Translations under genes and position numbers: made by a program
In this document: positions 1 to 12,960 of the stretch, one piece after another
Position numbering within the stretch: position 1 is the stretch's first letter
Layout of the letters: every line of letters begins with the position of its first letter
The notes under the pieces: generated by a model
Database searches by the model: none
Told to the model about the DNA's origin: nothing
Seen by the model: only the letters and a program-made list of their open reading frames with translations
Assembly (NCBI GenBank): GCA_032718475.1
Contig: JAUCBJ010003948.1
Coordinates: 1 to 56,612 of the forward strand
Source of the DNA: Nemertoderma westbladi
Taxonomy: Eukaryota > Animalia > Xenacoelomorpha
Direction of reading: 5' to 3'
DNA length: 56,612 nucleotides

Positions 1-860
1 CAGTAGTGGGTAGGTATATACAATGAGGACCTATAGCTGTACGTAGTGGGTAGGTATATACAATGAGGACCTATAGCTGTACGTAGTGGGTAGGTATATA
101 GTTAGTTAGTTCATACAATGATATACAGATATACAATGAGGACCTATAGCTGTACGTAGTGGGTAGGTATATACAATGAGGACCTATAGCTGTACGTAGT
201 GGGTAGGTATATACAATGAGGACCTATAGCTGTACGTAGTGGGTAGGTATATACAATGGGGACCTATAGCTGTACGTTCGTAGTGGGTAGGTATATACAA
301 TGAGGACCTATAGCTGTACGTAGTGGGTAGGTATATACAATGAGGACCTATAGCTGTACGTAGTGGGTAGGTATATACAATGAGGACCTATAGCTGTACG
401 TTCGTAGTGGGTAGGTATATACAATGGGGACCTATAGCTGTACGTAGTGGGTAGGTATATACAATGAGGACCTATAGCTGTACGTAGTGGGTAGGTATAT
501 ACAATGGGGACCTATAGCTGTACGTAGTGGGTAGGTATATACAATGAGGACCTATAGATGTACGTTCGTAGTGGGTAGGTATATACAATGAGGACCTATA
601 GCTGTACGTTCGTAGTGGGTAGGTATATACAATGAGGACCTATAGCTGTACGTTCGTAGTGGGTAGGTATATACAATGGGGACCTATAGCTGTACGTTCG
701 TAGTGGGTAGGTATATACAATGAGGACCTATAGCTGTACGTTCGTAGTGGGTAGGTATATACAATGAGGACCTATAGCTGTACGTAGTGGGTAGGTATAT
801 ACAATGAGGACCTATAGCTGTACGTTCGTAGTGGGTAGGTATATACAATGAGGACCTATA
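1..860. repeat. 40/44-bp satellite, left part
   Basis: Tandem unit TAGTGGGTAGGTATATACAATG(A/G)GGACCTATAGCTGTACG, with 44-bp variants carrying a TTCG insertion; runs off the window start. Confidence 0.98.
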
Positions 861-2866
861 TGCCTCTAATTTAGTTAAGAAGTTACCGTTATCAAGTAAT
901 AAATATCGTATAGGGTCCGAAACTCTAAATAATTTTTATTTAGAAAAGTTACAAAATTCAGAAAAGTTATTTTTAAAACCCGTTTCTGAGGATTTCGTTT
1001 TTAAAAATCTACTTAGCCTATCAGCCTCAAAAAGTACCGGTCTAGACCTAATACCTGCCCGTTTTCTTAAGGATGGTGCTGTAGTACTTAAAGTGCCTAT
1101 TACTTTTATTATTAATTACTCTATCGTAGATAATGTAGTACCAGACGAACTGAAATTAGCTAAGGTTGTTCCTCTGTATAAAAAGATTAGTAAAGTAGAA
1201 CCCTGTAATTACAGACCTGTTAGTATCTTAAGTATTGTATCTAAAATTCTAGAACGTTCTGTTTTTCTACAGCTGGAGGCACATCTTAGTAGGCTAAATC
1301 TGATCTATGAACTTCAGTCCGGTTTTCGTAAATCATATTCTACAGACACCTGCCTTATTAACTTAACTGATACAATTAGATGTAATAACGCAAAGGGTTT
1401 ATATACCGGTATGGTAATGTTGGACCTACAAAAGGCTTTCGATACTGTAGATCACGAAATTCTGCTTGGTAAGTTAGGCCTGATGGGTGTAGGTTCTATA
1501 GACTGGTTCAAGTCCTACCTGTCAGACAGAGGTCAAACTGTAGTCATTAGCAAATCGCAGTCTACTGTACAAGAGATTACCTGTGGTGTACCGCAAGGTA
1601 GTATATTAGGTCCTCTGCTTTTTGTATGCTATGTAAATGATATGATAAGTAGTATAGATCCCGATTTTAAACTCATTTTATATGCCGACGACAGTGCTCT
1701 TATTTTCTCTCATAAAGATCCTATCCATATTTCCCAAAAGTTAAGTGCAGTTCTAGAATCCTGTAATGAGTGGTTGGTTGATAATAAGCTATCCATTCAC
1801 TACGGTAAAACTGAAAGTATTTTGTTTGGTTCCAAAAGAAAGTTAAAGAAGGTAACTAAGTTTGAAGTCACTAGTAATGGACATAAGATTGAAAATAAAA
1901 AGGAAGTTAAATATTTAGGCGCCACATTGGATAACTGCTTATCAGGAGAAAGTACAGTGAAAAATATTTTCTCGAAAGTTAACAGTAGGCTTAGGTTTCT
2001 ATACAGAAATAAAAATAGTTTGAACACCGACTCCCGCAAGTTACTTTGCTCTTCTTTAATACAGTGTCACATGGACTATGCGTGCTCTTCTTGGTATGAA
2101 GGCTTAACCAAACAGCTTAAATGTAAATTACAAGTAGCTCAGAATAAAGTAGTACGATTTATTAAAGACTACAAACCTAGGCACCACCTAACTCCAGATG
2201 ACTTTTCTGAATCTGGACTACTTAACTTAGATGGTAGAGTTAAGCAGCTACGCCTTAACCATGTGCATAAAGTGTATAATGGTAAATGTCCCAATTACCT
2301 AAAACAAAAATTCAACAGAGTACGCGATACACACTCTTACAGTACCAGAGCTAGTGCTTCAAACTTCTACCTCCCGAATTGTAAATCCTTTGAATCTGAT
2401 ACTTTCTTTTTTAACGGCATAAAAAATTGGAACGCTCTGCCTAATGAAATTAAAAACCTAGATAATCAACATTCTTTTAAATCTGCAGTTAAATCTCATC
2501 TCCGTGTGCAATGTAAAAATAGGTACAATAGTCCTACAGTAAGTTATTAGCTTATTAATTATTTACTATTTATGCTGTAAATACGTTTTATAATAAATTG
2601 TTCTGTACATTACATCTTTATCGTTGAGTCGGGCATTGTCACGCTCTCGGTAAAGTTGTACATGTACATAGTGTAATTACGTTTTATATTGGTTTTAGGT
2701 TAGCGTAGTGTAATATTGTATTTGTAACCAAGTAACATAAAGGACCCCCTTGGAAATAAGCTGCAAAGCTTTAGGGGTAATCCTATATGTTATGTTGGAC
2801 AATACCTTTATACCGGTACATTGTTTGGTGTATTTGTTATTGTTTTTACATAATGTATAAATAAAT
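861..2866 (+). mobile_element. 5'-truncated non-LTR retrotransposon (CR1/L2 group) inserted in the satellite
   Basis: RT ORF, ~315 bp 3' UTR with a stem-loop (AGGACCCC...GGGGTAATCCT, ~2741-2784) and a TAAATAAAT tail. CTATA is duplicated at 856-860 and 2867-2871. Confidence 0.93.
862..2550 (+). CDS. LINE ORF2, reverse transcriptase part (endonuclease domain lost by 5' truncation)
   Basis: Motifs [46 protein letters not shown]. The frame stays open upstream of the listed GTG (..[15 protein letters not shown]..) to the insertion boundary. Confidence 0.93.
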   Translation, partial: ASNLVKKLPLSSNKYRIGSETLNNFYLEKLQNSEKLFLKPVSEDFVFKNLLSLSASKSTGLDLIPARFLKDGAVVLKVPITFIINYSIVDNVVPDELKLAKVVPLYKKISKVEPCNYRPVSILSIVSKILERSVFLQLEAHLSRLNLIYELQSGFRKSYSTDTCLINLTDTIRCNNAKGLYTGMVMLDLQKAFDTVDHEILLGKLGLMGVGSIDWFKSYLSDRGQTVVISKSQSTVQEITCGVPQGSILGPLLFVCYVNDMISSIDPDFKLILYADDSALIFSHKDPIHISQKLSAVLESCNEWLVDNKLSIHYGKTESILFGSKRKLKKVTKFEVTSNGHKIENKKEVKYLGATLDNCLSGESTVKNIFSKVNSRLRFLYRNKNSLNTDSRKLLCSSLIQCHMDYACSSWYEGLTKQLKCKLQVAQNKVVRFIKDYKPRHHLTPDDFSESGLLNLDGRVKQLRLNHVHKVYNGKCPNYLKQKFNRVRDTHSYSTRASASNFYLPNCKSFESDTFFFNGIKNWNALPNEIKNLDNQHSFKSAVKSHLRVQCKNRYNSPTVSY

Positions 2867-5800
2867 CTATAGCTGTACGTTCGTAGTGGGTAGGTATATA
2901 CAATGAGGACCTATAGGTAGGTGTACGTAGTGGGTAGGTATATACAATGAGGACCTATAGGTGTACGTAGTGGGTAGGTATATACAATGAGGACCTATAG
3001 CTGTACGTAGTGGGTAGGTATATACAATGGGGACCTATAGCTGTACGTAGTGGGTAGGTATATACAATGGGGACCTATAGCTGTACGTAGTGGGTAGGTA
3101 TATACAATGGGGACCTATAGCTGTTCGTAGTGGGTAGGTATATACAATGAGGACCTATAGCTGTACGTAGTGGGTAGGTATATACAATGAGGACCTATAG
3201 CTGTACGTACGTAGTGGGTAGGTATATACAATGAGGACCTATAGCTGTACGTAGTGGGTAGGTATATACAATGAGGACCTATAGGTAGGTGTACGTAGTG
3301 GGTAGGTATATACAATGAGGACCTATAGCTGTACGTAGTGGGTAGGTATATACAATGAGGACCTATAGCTGTACGTAGTGGGTAGGTATATACAATGGGG
3401 ACCTATAGCTGTACGTAGTGGGTAGGTATATACAATGGGGACCTATAGCTGTACGTAGTGGGTAGGTATATACAATGAGGACCTATAGCTGTACGTTCGT
3501 AGTGGGTAGGTATATACAATGAGGACCTATAGCTGTACGTAGTGGGTAGGTATATACAATGAGGACCTATAGGTAGGTGTACGTAGTGGGTAGGTATATA
3601 CAATGAGGACCTATAGCTGTACGTAGTGGGTAGGTATATACAATGGGGACCTATAGGTGTACGTAGTGGGTAGGTATATACAATGGGGACCTATAGCTGT
3701 ACGTAGTGGGTAGGTATATACAATGAGGACCTATAGGTAGGTGTACGTAGTGGGTAGGTATATACAATGAGGACCTATAGCTGTACGTAGTGGGTAGGTA
3801 TATACAATGAGGACCTATAGCTGTACGTAGTGGGTAGGTATATACAATGAGGACCTATAGCTGTACGTAGTGGGTAGGTATATACAATGAGGACCTATAG
3901 CTGTACGTACGTAGTGGGTAGGTATATACAATGAGGACCTATAGCTGTACGTAGTGGGTAGGTATATACAATGGGGACCTATAGCTGTACGTAGTGGGTA
4001 GGTATATACAATGAGGACCTATAGCTGTACGTAGTGGGTAGGTATATACAATGGGGACCTATAGGTAGGTGTACGTAGTGGGTAGGTATATACAATGAGG
4101 ACCTATAGCTGTACGTTCGTAGTGGGTAGGTATATACAATGAGGACCTATAGCTGTACGTAGTGGGTAGGTATATACAATGGGGACCTATAGCTGTACGT
4201 AGTGGGTAGGTATATACAATGAGGACCTATAGCTGTACGTAGTGGGTAGGTATATACAATGAGGACCTATAGCTGTACGTTCGTAGTGGGTAGGTATATA
4301 CAATGAGGACCTATAGCTGTACGTAGTGGGTAGGTATATACAATGGGGACCTATAGGTAGGTGTACGTAGTGGGTAGGTATATACAATGAGGACCTATAG
4401 CTGTACGTTCGTAGTGGGTAGGTATATACAATGGGGACCTATAGCTGTACGTAGTGGGTAGGTATATACAATGGGGACCTATAGGTAGGTGTACGTAGTG
4501 GGTAGGTATATACAATGAGGACCTATAGCTGTACGTTCGTAGTGGGTAGGTATATACAATGAGGACCTATAGCTGTACGTAGTGGGTAGGTATATACAAT
4601 GAGGACCTATAGCTGTACGTTCGTAGTGGGTAGGTATATACAATGAGGACCTATAGCTGTACGTAGTGGGTAGGTATATACAATGAGGACCTATAGCTGT
4701 ACGTAGTGGGTAGGTATATACAATGAGGACCTATAGCTGTACGTTCGTAGTGGGTAGGTATATACAATGAGGACCTATAGCTGTACGTAGTGGGTAGGTA
4801 TATACAATGAGGACCTATAGCTGTACGTTCGTAGTGGGTAGGTATATACAATGAGGACCTATAGCTGTACGTTCGTAGTGGGTAGGTATATACAATGAGG
4901 ACCTATAGCTGTACGTAGTGGGTAGGTATATACAATGGGGACCTATAGCTGTACGTTCGTAGTGGGTAGGTATATACAATGGGGACCTATAGCTGTACGT
5001 TCGTAGTGGGTAGGTATATACAATGAGGACCTATAGCTGTACGTAGTGGGTAGGTATATACAATGGGGACCTATAGCTGTACGTTCGTAGTGGGTAGGTA
5101 TATACAATGAGGACCTATAGCTGTACGTAGTGGGTAGGTATATACAATGAGGACCTATAGCTGTACGTAGTGGGTAGGTATATACAATGAGGACCTATAG
5201 CTGTACGTAGTGGGTAGGTATATACAATGGGGACCTATAGCTGTACGTAGTGGGTAGGTATATACAATGAGGACCTATAGGTGTACGTTCGTAGTGGGTA
5301 GGTATATACAATGGGGACCTATAGCTGTACGTAGTGGGTAGGTATATACAATGGGGACCTATAGGTAGGTGTACGTAGTGGGTAGGTATATACAATGAGG
5401 ACCTATAGCTGTACGTTCGTAGTGGGTAGGTATATACAATGGGGACCTATAGCTGTACGTAGTGGGTAGGTATATACAATGGGGACCTATAGCTGTACGT
5501 AGTGGGTAGGTATATACAATGAGGACCTATAGGTAGGTGTACGTAGTGGGTAGGTATATACAATGGGGACCTATAGCTGTACGTAGTGGGTAGGTATATA
5601 CAATGAGGACCTATAGGTAGGTGTACGTAGTGGGTAGGTATATACAATGAGGACCTATAGGTAGGTGTACGTAGTGGGTAGGTATATACAATGAGGACCT
5701 ATAGCTGTACGTAGTGGGTAGGTATATACAATGAGGACCTATAGGTAGGTGTACGTAGTGGGTAGGTATATACAATGAGGACCTATAGCTGTACGTTCGT

Positions 5801-8800
5801 AGTGGGTAGGTATATACAATGGGGACCTATAGCTGTACGTAGTGGGTAGGTATATACAATGGGGACCTATAGCTGTACGTAGTGGGTAGGTATATACAAT
5901 GAGGACCTATAGGTAGGTGTACGTAGTGGGTAGGTATATACAATGAGGACCTATAGCTGTACGTAGTGGGTAGGTATATACAATGGGGACCTATAGCTGT
6001 ACGTTCGTAGTGGGTAGGTATATACAATGGGGACCTATAGCTGTACGTTCGTAGTGGGTAGGTATATACAATGAGGACCTATAGCTGTACGTAGTGGGTA
6101 GGTATATACAATGAGGACCTATAGCTGTACGTAGTGGGTAGGTATATACAATGGGGACCTATAGGTGTACGTAGTGGGTAGGTATATACAATGAGGACCT
6201 ATAGCTGTACGTAGTGGGTAGGTATATACAATGAGGACCTATAGCTGTACGTTCGTAGTGGGTAGGTATATACAATGAGGACCTATAGCTGTACGTAGTG
6301 GGTAGGTATATACAATGAGGACCTATAGCTGTACGTAGTGGGTAGGTATATACAATGAGGACCTATAGGTAGGTGTACGTAGTGGGTAGGTATATACAAT
6401 GAGGACCTATAGCTGTACGTTCGTAGTGGGTAGGTATATACAATGAGGACCTATAGCTGTACGTTCGTAGTGGGTAGGTATATACAATGAGGACCTATAG
6501 CTGTACGTAGTGGGTAGGTATATACAATGAGGACCTATAGCTGTACGTTCGTAGTGGGTAGGTATATACAATGAGGACCTATAGCTGTACGTAGTGGGTA
6601 GGTATATACAATGAGGACCTATAGCTGTACGTAGTGGGTAGGTATATACAATGGGGACCTATAGCTGTACGTTCGTAGTGGGTAGGTATATACAATGAGG
6701 ACCTATAGCTGTACGTAGTGGGTAGGTATATACAATGGGGACCTATAGCTGTACGTACGTAGTGGGTAGGTATATACAATGAGGACCTATAGCTGTACGT
6801 TCGTAGTGGGTAGGTATATACAATGAGGACCTATAGCTGTACGTTCGTAGTGGGTAGGTATATACAATGAGGACCTATAGGTAGGTGTACGTAGTGGGTA
6901 GGTATATACAATGGGGACCTATAGCTGTACGTAGTGGGTAGGTATATACAATGAGGACCTATAGCTGTACGTTCGTAGTGGGTAGGTATATACAATGAGG
7001 ATCTATAGCTGTACGTAGTGGGTAGGTATATACAATGAGGACCTATAGCTGTACGTAGTGGGTAGGTATATACAATGGGGACCTATAGCTGTACGTAGTG
7101 GGTAGGTATATACAATGGGGACCTATAGCTGTACGTAGTGGGTAGGTATATACAATGGGGACCTATAGCTGTACGTAGTGGGCAGGTATATACAATGGGG
7201 ACCTATAGGTGTACGTAGTGGGTAGGTATATACAATGGGGACCTATAGCTGTACGTAGTGGGTAGGTATATACAATGGGGACCTATAGCTGTACGTAGTG
7301 GGTAGGTATATACAATGGGGACCTATAGGTGTACGTAGTGGGTAGGTATATACAATGGGGACCTATAGCTGTACGTAGTGGGTAGGTATATACAATGAGG
7401 ACCTATAGCTGTACGTAGTGGGTAGGTATATACAATGAGGACCTATAGCTGTACGTAGTGGGTAGGTATATACAATGGGGACCTATAGCTGTACGTAGTG
7501 GGTAGGTATATACAATGGGGACCTATAGGTGTACGTAGTGGGTAGGTATATACAATGGGGACCTATAGCTGTACGTAGTGGGTAGGTATATACAATGAGG
7601 ACCTATAGCTGTACGTAGTGGGTAGGTATATACAATGGGGACCTATAGCTGTACGTAGTGGGTAGGTATATACAATGAGGACCTATAGCTGTACGTAGTG
7701 GGTAGGTATATACAATGGGGACCTATAGCTGTACGTAGTGGGTAGGTATATACAATGGGGACCTATAGCTGTACGTAGTGGGTAGGTATATACAATGAGG
7801 ACCTATAGCTGTACGTAGTGGGTAGGTATATACAATGGGGACCTATAGCTGTACGTAGTGGGTAGGTATATACAATGAGGACCTATAGCTGTACGTAGTG
7901 GGTAGGTATATACAATGGGGACCTATAGCTGTACGTAGTGGGTAGGTATATACAATGGGGACCTATAGCTGTACGTAGTGGGTAGGTATATACAATGAGG
8001 ACCTATAGCTGTACGTAGTGGGTAGGTATATACAATGAGGACCTATAGCTGTACGTAGTGGGTAGGTATATACAATGGGGACCTATAGCTGTACGTAGTG
8101 GGTAGGTATATACAATGGGGACCTATAGCTGTACGTTCGTAGTGGGTAGGTATATACAATGGGGACCTATAGCTGTACGTAGTGGGTAGGTATATACAAT
8201 GGGGACCTATAGCTGTACGTAGTGGGTAGGTATATACAATGAGGACCTATAGCTGTACGTTCGTAGTGGGTAGGTATATACAATGAGGACCTATAGCTGT
8301 ACGTAGTGGGTAGGTATATACAATGAGGACCTATAGCTGTACGTAGTGGGTAGGTATATACAATGAGGACCTATAGCTGTACGTAGTGGGTAGGTATATA
8401 CAATGAGGACCTATAGCTGTACGTAGTGGGTAGGTATATGCAATGGGGACCTATAGCTGTACGTAGTGGGTAGGTATATACAATGAGGACCTATAGCTGT
8501 ACGTAGTGGGTAGGTATATACAATGAGGACCTATAGCTGTGCGTAGTGGGTAGGTATATACAATGAGGACCTATAGCTGTACGTAGTGGGTAGGTATATA
8601 CAATGAGGACCTATAGCTGTACGTAGTGGGTAGGTATATACAATGAGGACCTATAGCTGTACGTAGTGGGTAGGTATATACAATGGGGACCTATAGCTGT
8701 ACGTAGTGGGTAGGTATATACAATGAGGACCTATAGCTGTACGTTCGTAGTGGGTAGGTATATACAATGAGGACCTATAGCTGTACGTTCGTAGTGGGTA

Positions 8801-11800
8801 GGTATATACAATGAGGACCTATAGCTGTACGTTCGTAGTGGGTAGGTATATACAATGGGGACCTATAGCTGTACGTAGTGGGTAGGTATATACAATGGGG
8901 ACCTATAGCTGTACGTTCGTAGTGGGTAGGTATATACAATGGGGACCTATAGCTGTACGTTCGTAGTGGGTAGGTATATACAATGGGGACCTATAGCTGT
9001 ACGTTCGTAGTGGGTAGGTATATACAATGGGGACCTATAGCTGTACGTTCGTAGTGGGTAGGTATATACAATGAGGACCTATAGCTGTACGTAGTGGGTA
9101 GGTATATACAATGGGGACCTATAGCTGTACGTTCGTAGTGGGTAGGTATATACAATGGGGACCTATAGCTGTACGTTCGTAGTGGGTAGGTATATACAAT
9201 GGGGACCTATAGCTGTACGTAGTGGGTAGGTATATACAATGAGGACCTATAGCTGTACGTTCGTAGTGGGTAGGTATATACAATGGGGACCTATAGCTGT
9301 ACGTTCGTAGTGGGTAGGTATATACAATGGGGACCTATAGCTGTACGTTCGTAGTGGGTAGGTATATACAATGGGGACCTATAGCTGTACGTAGTGGGTA
9401 GGTATATACAATGAGGACCTATAGCTGTACGTAGTGGGTAGGTATATACAATGAGGACCTATAGCTGTACGTTCGTAGTGGGTAGGTATATACAATGAGG
9501 ACCTATAGCTGTACGTAGTGGGTAGGTATATACAATGAGGACCTATAGCTGTACGTAGTGGGTAGGTATATACAATGAGGACCTATAGCTGTACGTAGTG
9601 GGTAGGTATATACAATGAGGACCTATAGCTGTACGTTCGTAGTGGGTAGGTATATACAATGGGGACCTATAGCTGTACGTAGTGGGTAGGTATATACAAT
9701 GAGGACCTATAGCTGTACGTTCGTAGTGGGTAGGTATATACAATGAGGACCTATAGCTGTACGTAGTGGGTAGGTATATACAATGAGGACCTATAGCTGT
9801 ACGTTCGTAGTGGGTAGGTATATACAATGAGGACCTATAGCTGTACGTAGTGGGTAGGTATATACAATGAGGACCTATAGCTGTACGTAGTGGGTAGGTA
9901 TATACAATGGGGACCTATAGCTGTACGTTCGTAGTGGGTAGGTATATACAATGGGGACCTATAGCTGTACGTTCGTAGTGGGTAGGTATATACAATGGGG
10001 ACCTATAGCTGTACGTTCGTAGTGGGTAGGTATATACAATGAGGACCTATAGCTGTACGTAGTGGGTAGGTATATACAATGAGGACCTATAGCTGTACGT
10101 AGTGGGTAGGTATATACAATGGGGACCTATAGCTGTACGTTCGTAGTGGGTAGGTATATACAATGGGGACCTATAGCTGTACGTTCGTAGTGGGTAGGTA
10201 TATACAATGGGGACCTATAGCTGTACGTAGTGGGTAGGTATATACAATGAGGACCTATAGCTGTACGTAGTGGGTAGGTATATACAATGGGGACCTATAG
10301 CTGTACGTAGTGGGTAGGTATATACAATGAGGACCTATAGCTGTACGTAGTGGGTAGGTATATACAATGAGGACCTATAGCTGTACGTAGTGGGTAGGTA
10401 TATACAATGGGGACCTATAGCTGTACGTAGTGGGTAGGTATATACAATGAGGACCTATAGCTGTACGTAGTGGGTAGGTATATACAATGGGGACCTATAG
10501 CTGTACGTAGTGGGTAGGTATATACAATGGGGACCTATAGCTGTACGTAGTGGGTAGGTATATACAATGAGGACCTATAGCTGTACGTAGTGGGTAGGTA
10601 TATACAATGGGGACCTATAGCTGTACGTAGTGGGTAGGTATATACAATGAGGACCTATAGCTGTACGTAGTGGGTAGGTATATACAATGAGGACCTATAG
10701 CTGTACGTAGTGGGTAGGTATATACAATGGGGACCTATAGCTGTACGTAGTGGGTAGGTATATACAATGGGGACCTATAGCTGTACGTAGTGGGTAGGTA
10801 TATACAATGAGGACCTATAGCTGTACGTAGTGGGTAGGTATATACAATGAGGACCTATAGCTGTACGTAGTGGGTAGGTATATACAATGGGGACCTATAG
10901 CTGTACGTAGTGGGTAGGTATATACAATGAGGACCTATAGCTGTACGTTCGTAGTGGGTAGGTATATACAATGGGGACCTATAGCTGTACGTTCGTAGTG
11001 GGTAGGTATATACAATGGGGACCTATAGATGTACGTAGTGGGTAGGTATATACAATGGGGACCTATAGCTGTACGTAGTGGGTAGGTATATACAATGAGG
11101 ACCTATAGCTGTACGTAGTGGGTAGGTATATACAATGAGGACCTATAGCTGTACGTAGTGGGTAGGTATATACAATGGGGACCTATAGCTGTACGTTCGT
11201 AGTGGGTAGGTATATACAATGGGGACCTATAGCTGTACGTAGTGGGTAGGTATATACAATGAGGACCTATAGCTGTACGTAGTGGGTAGGTATATACAAT
11301 GAGGACCTATAGCTGTACGTAGTGGGTAGGTATATACAATGAGGACCTATAGCTGTACGTAGTGGGTAGGTATATACAATGAGGACCTATAGCTGTACGT
11401 AGTGGGTAGGTATATACAATGAGGACCTATAGCTGTACGTAGTGGGTAGGTATATACAATGAGGACCTATAGCTGTACGTAGTGGGTAGGTATATACAAT
11501 GGGGACCTATAGCTGTACGTAGTGGGTAGGTATATACAATGAGGACCTATAGCTGTACGTTCGTAGTGGGTAGGTATATACAATGGGGACCTATAGCTGT
11601 ACGTAGTGGGTAGGTATATACAATGGGGACCTATAGCTGTACGTAGTGGGTAGGTATATACAATGAGGACCTATAGCTGTACGTAGTGGGTAGGTATATA
11701 CAATGAGGACCTATAGCTGTACGTAGTGGGTAGGTATATACAATGAGGACCTATAGCTGTACGTAGTGGGTAGGTATATACAATGGGGACCTATAGCTGT

Positions 11801-12036
11801 ACGTAGTGGGTAGGTATATACAATGGGGACCTATAGCTGTACGTTCGTAGTGGGTAGGTATATACAATGAGGACCTATAGCTGTACGTAGTGGGTAGGTA
11901 TATACAATGGGGACCTATAGCTGTACGTAGTGGGTAGGTATATACAATGGGGACCTATAGCTGTACGTAGTGGGTAGGTATATACAATGAGGACCTATAG
12001 CTGTACGTAGTGGGTAGGTATATACAATGAGGACCT
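2867..12036. repeat. 40/44-bp satellite, right part (probably intronic in the myosin I gene)
   Basis: Same unit as 1-860, roughly 220 copies, ending ~95 bp before a myosin I splice acceptor. Confidence 0.98.
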
Positions 12037-12130
12037 TCTGTACCTTCTTCTTCTATAGCGGGTAGGTATGTATGTAGTTAATTTATTTATGCTCTATACT
12101 GCAATATATTGCGAAACTTTAACACAACAG

Positions 12131-12276
12131 GTTGCTAAAAGAGACCTCCTGCTGTCAAACAAATTCCTTTACATGGTTGGAAGGGAAGTGATTAAAAAAG
12201 GCCCGGAGAGAGGAACAGTGGTGGAGGTAGTTAAACGGAAGTTAGCCATTGAATCCATAAGTTCCATTAGTTTGAG
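12131..12276 (+). CDS. Myo1e: Long-tailed class I myosin (MYO1E/F-like), TH1 domain exon
   Basis: AG/GTAAGT boundaries; [48 protein letters not shown] resembles the MYO1E/F KRDLLL..GREKVKxGPxKG block; ends in phase 2. Confidence 0.92.
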
Positions 12277-12608
12277 GTAAGTTTATTTTGATGTACCATA
12301 TAGTTAATTATCTTAACTATTCTTAAATATAATTTTAAAAAAGTTATAGAGCTAAATTCTACTTCCTTAAATGAAAAAATTTTTTTTTATGCATTGTACA
12401 ACCTCAGTTACTTACAAATGATAAAACCCAGCCCTTCCCTGCAGTCACTTCTTATGACTCTTCTTTATCACGTATCGTACAACAGATTAGCTTCTCTACC
12501 TGCCCGGTCTTTATAAAAATTAGCAAAAATATATATATGTGAGTTGACAGCGAAATATTAAGACTGTTATTTTCGCTTGTCTTTAATAATTTTAAAATTA
12601 TATTGCAG

Positions 12609-12758
12609 TTCACTTCAAGATGACTTAATAGTAATCCGCGTAGACGAAGAATACGACACGCTTCTCTCCAGTGTGTTTAAGACGGAGTTGTTAATGACGT
12701 TGTCAAAAAAATACATAGATTTAACTAATCGAGATCTTACACTGTCTTTCTCAAACAC
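12609..12758 (+). CDS. Myo1e: Myosin IE/F-like exon (TH1)
   Basis: SLQDDLIVIRVDEEYDTLLSSVFKTELLMTLSKKY..LSFSN; phase 2 to phase 2, compatible with neighbours; TTGCAG/GTTAGT. Confidence 0.92.
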
Positions 12759-12960
12759 GTTAGTGTTAAAGTAGTAGTAGTAGTAAAGTCGTGCATCGGC
12801 AGTCGTAAGACGATAGGGAAATAGATAGTTATAATAGATAGAATATAAATAGATAGCAATAAATAGTTTGATACACGATGTGACGTCATCGTACTCCCCG
12901 CTGAGTTCTATAGAGCCGAACCCGAAGGATGAGTCATCCATCACCAGACAATTCCACGTC

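Noticed and set aside
3115-9827. Repeated 66-94 aa minus-strand ORFs (MYIPTHY...)
   Set aside because: Chance translations of 40+44-bp satellite units.
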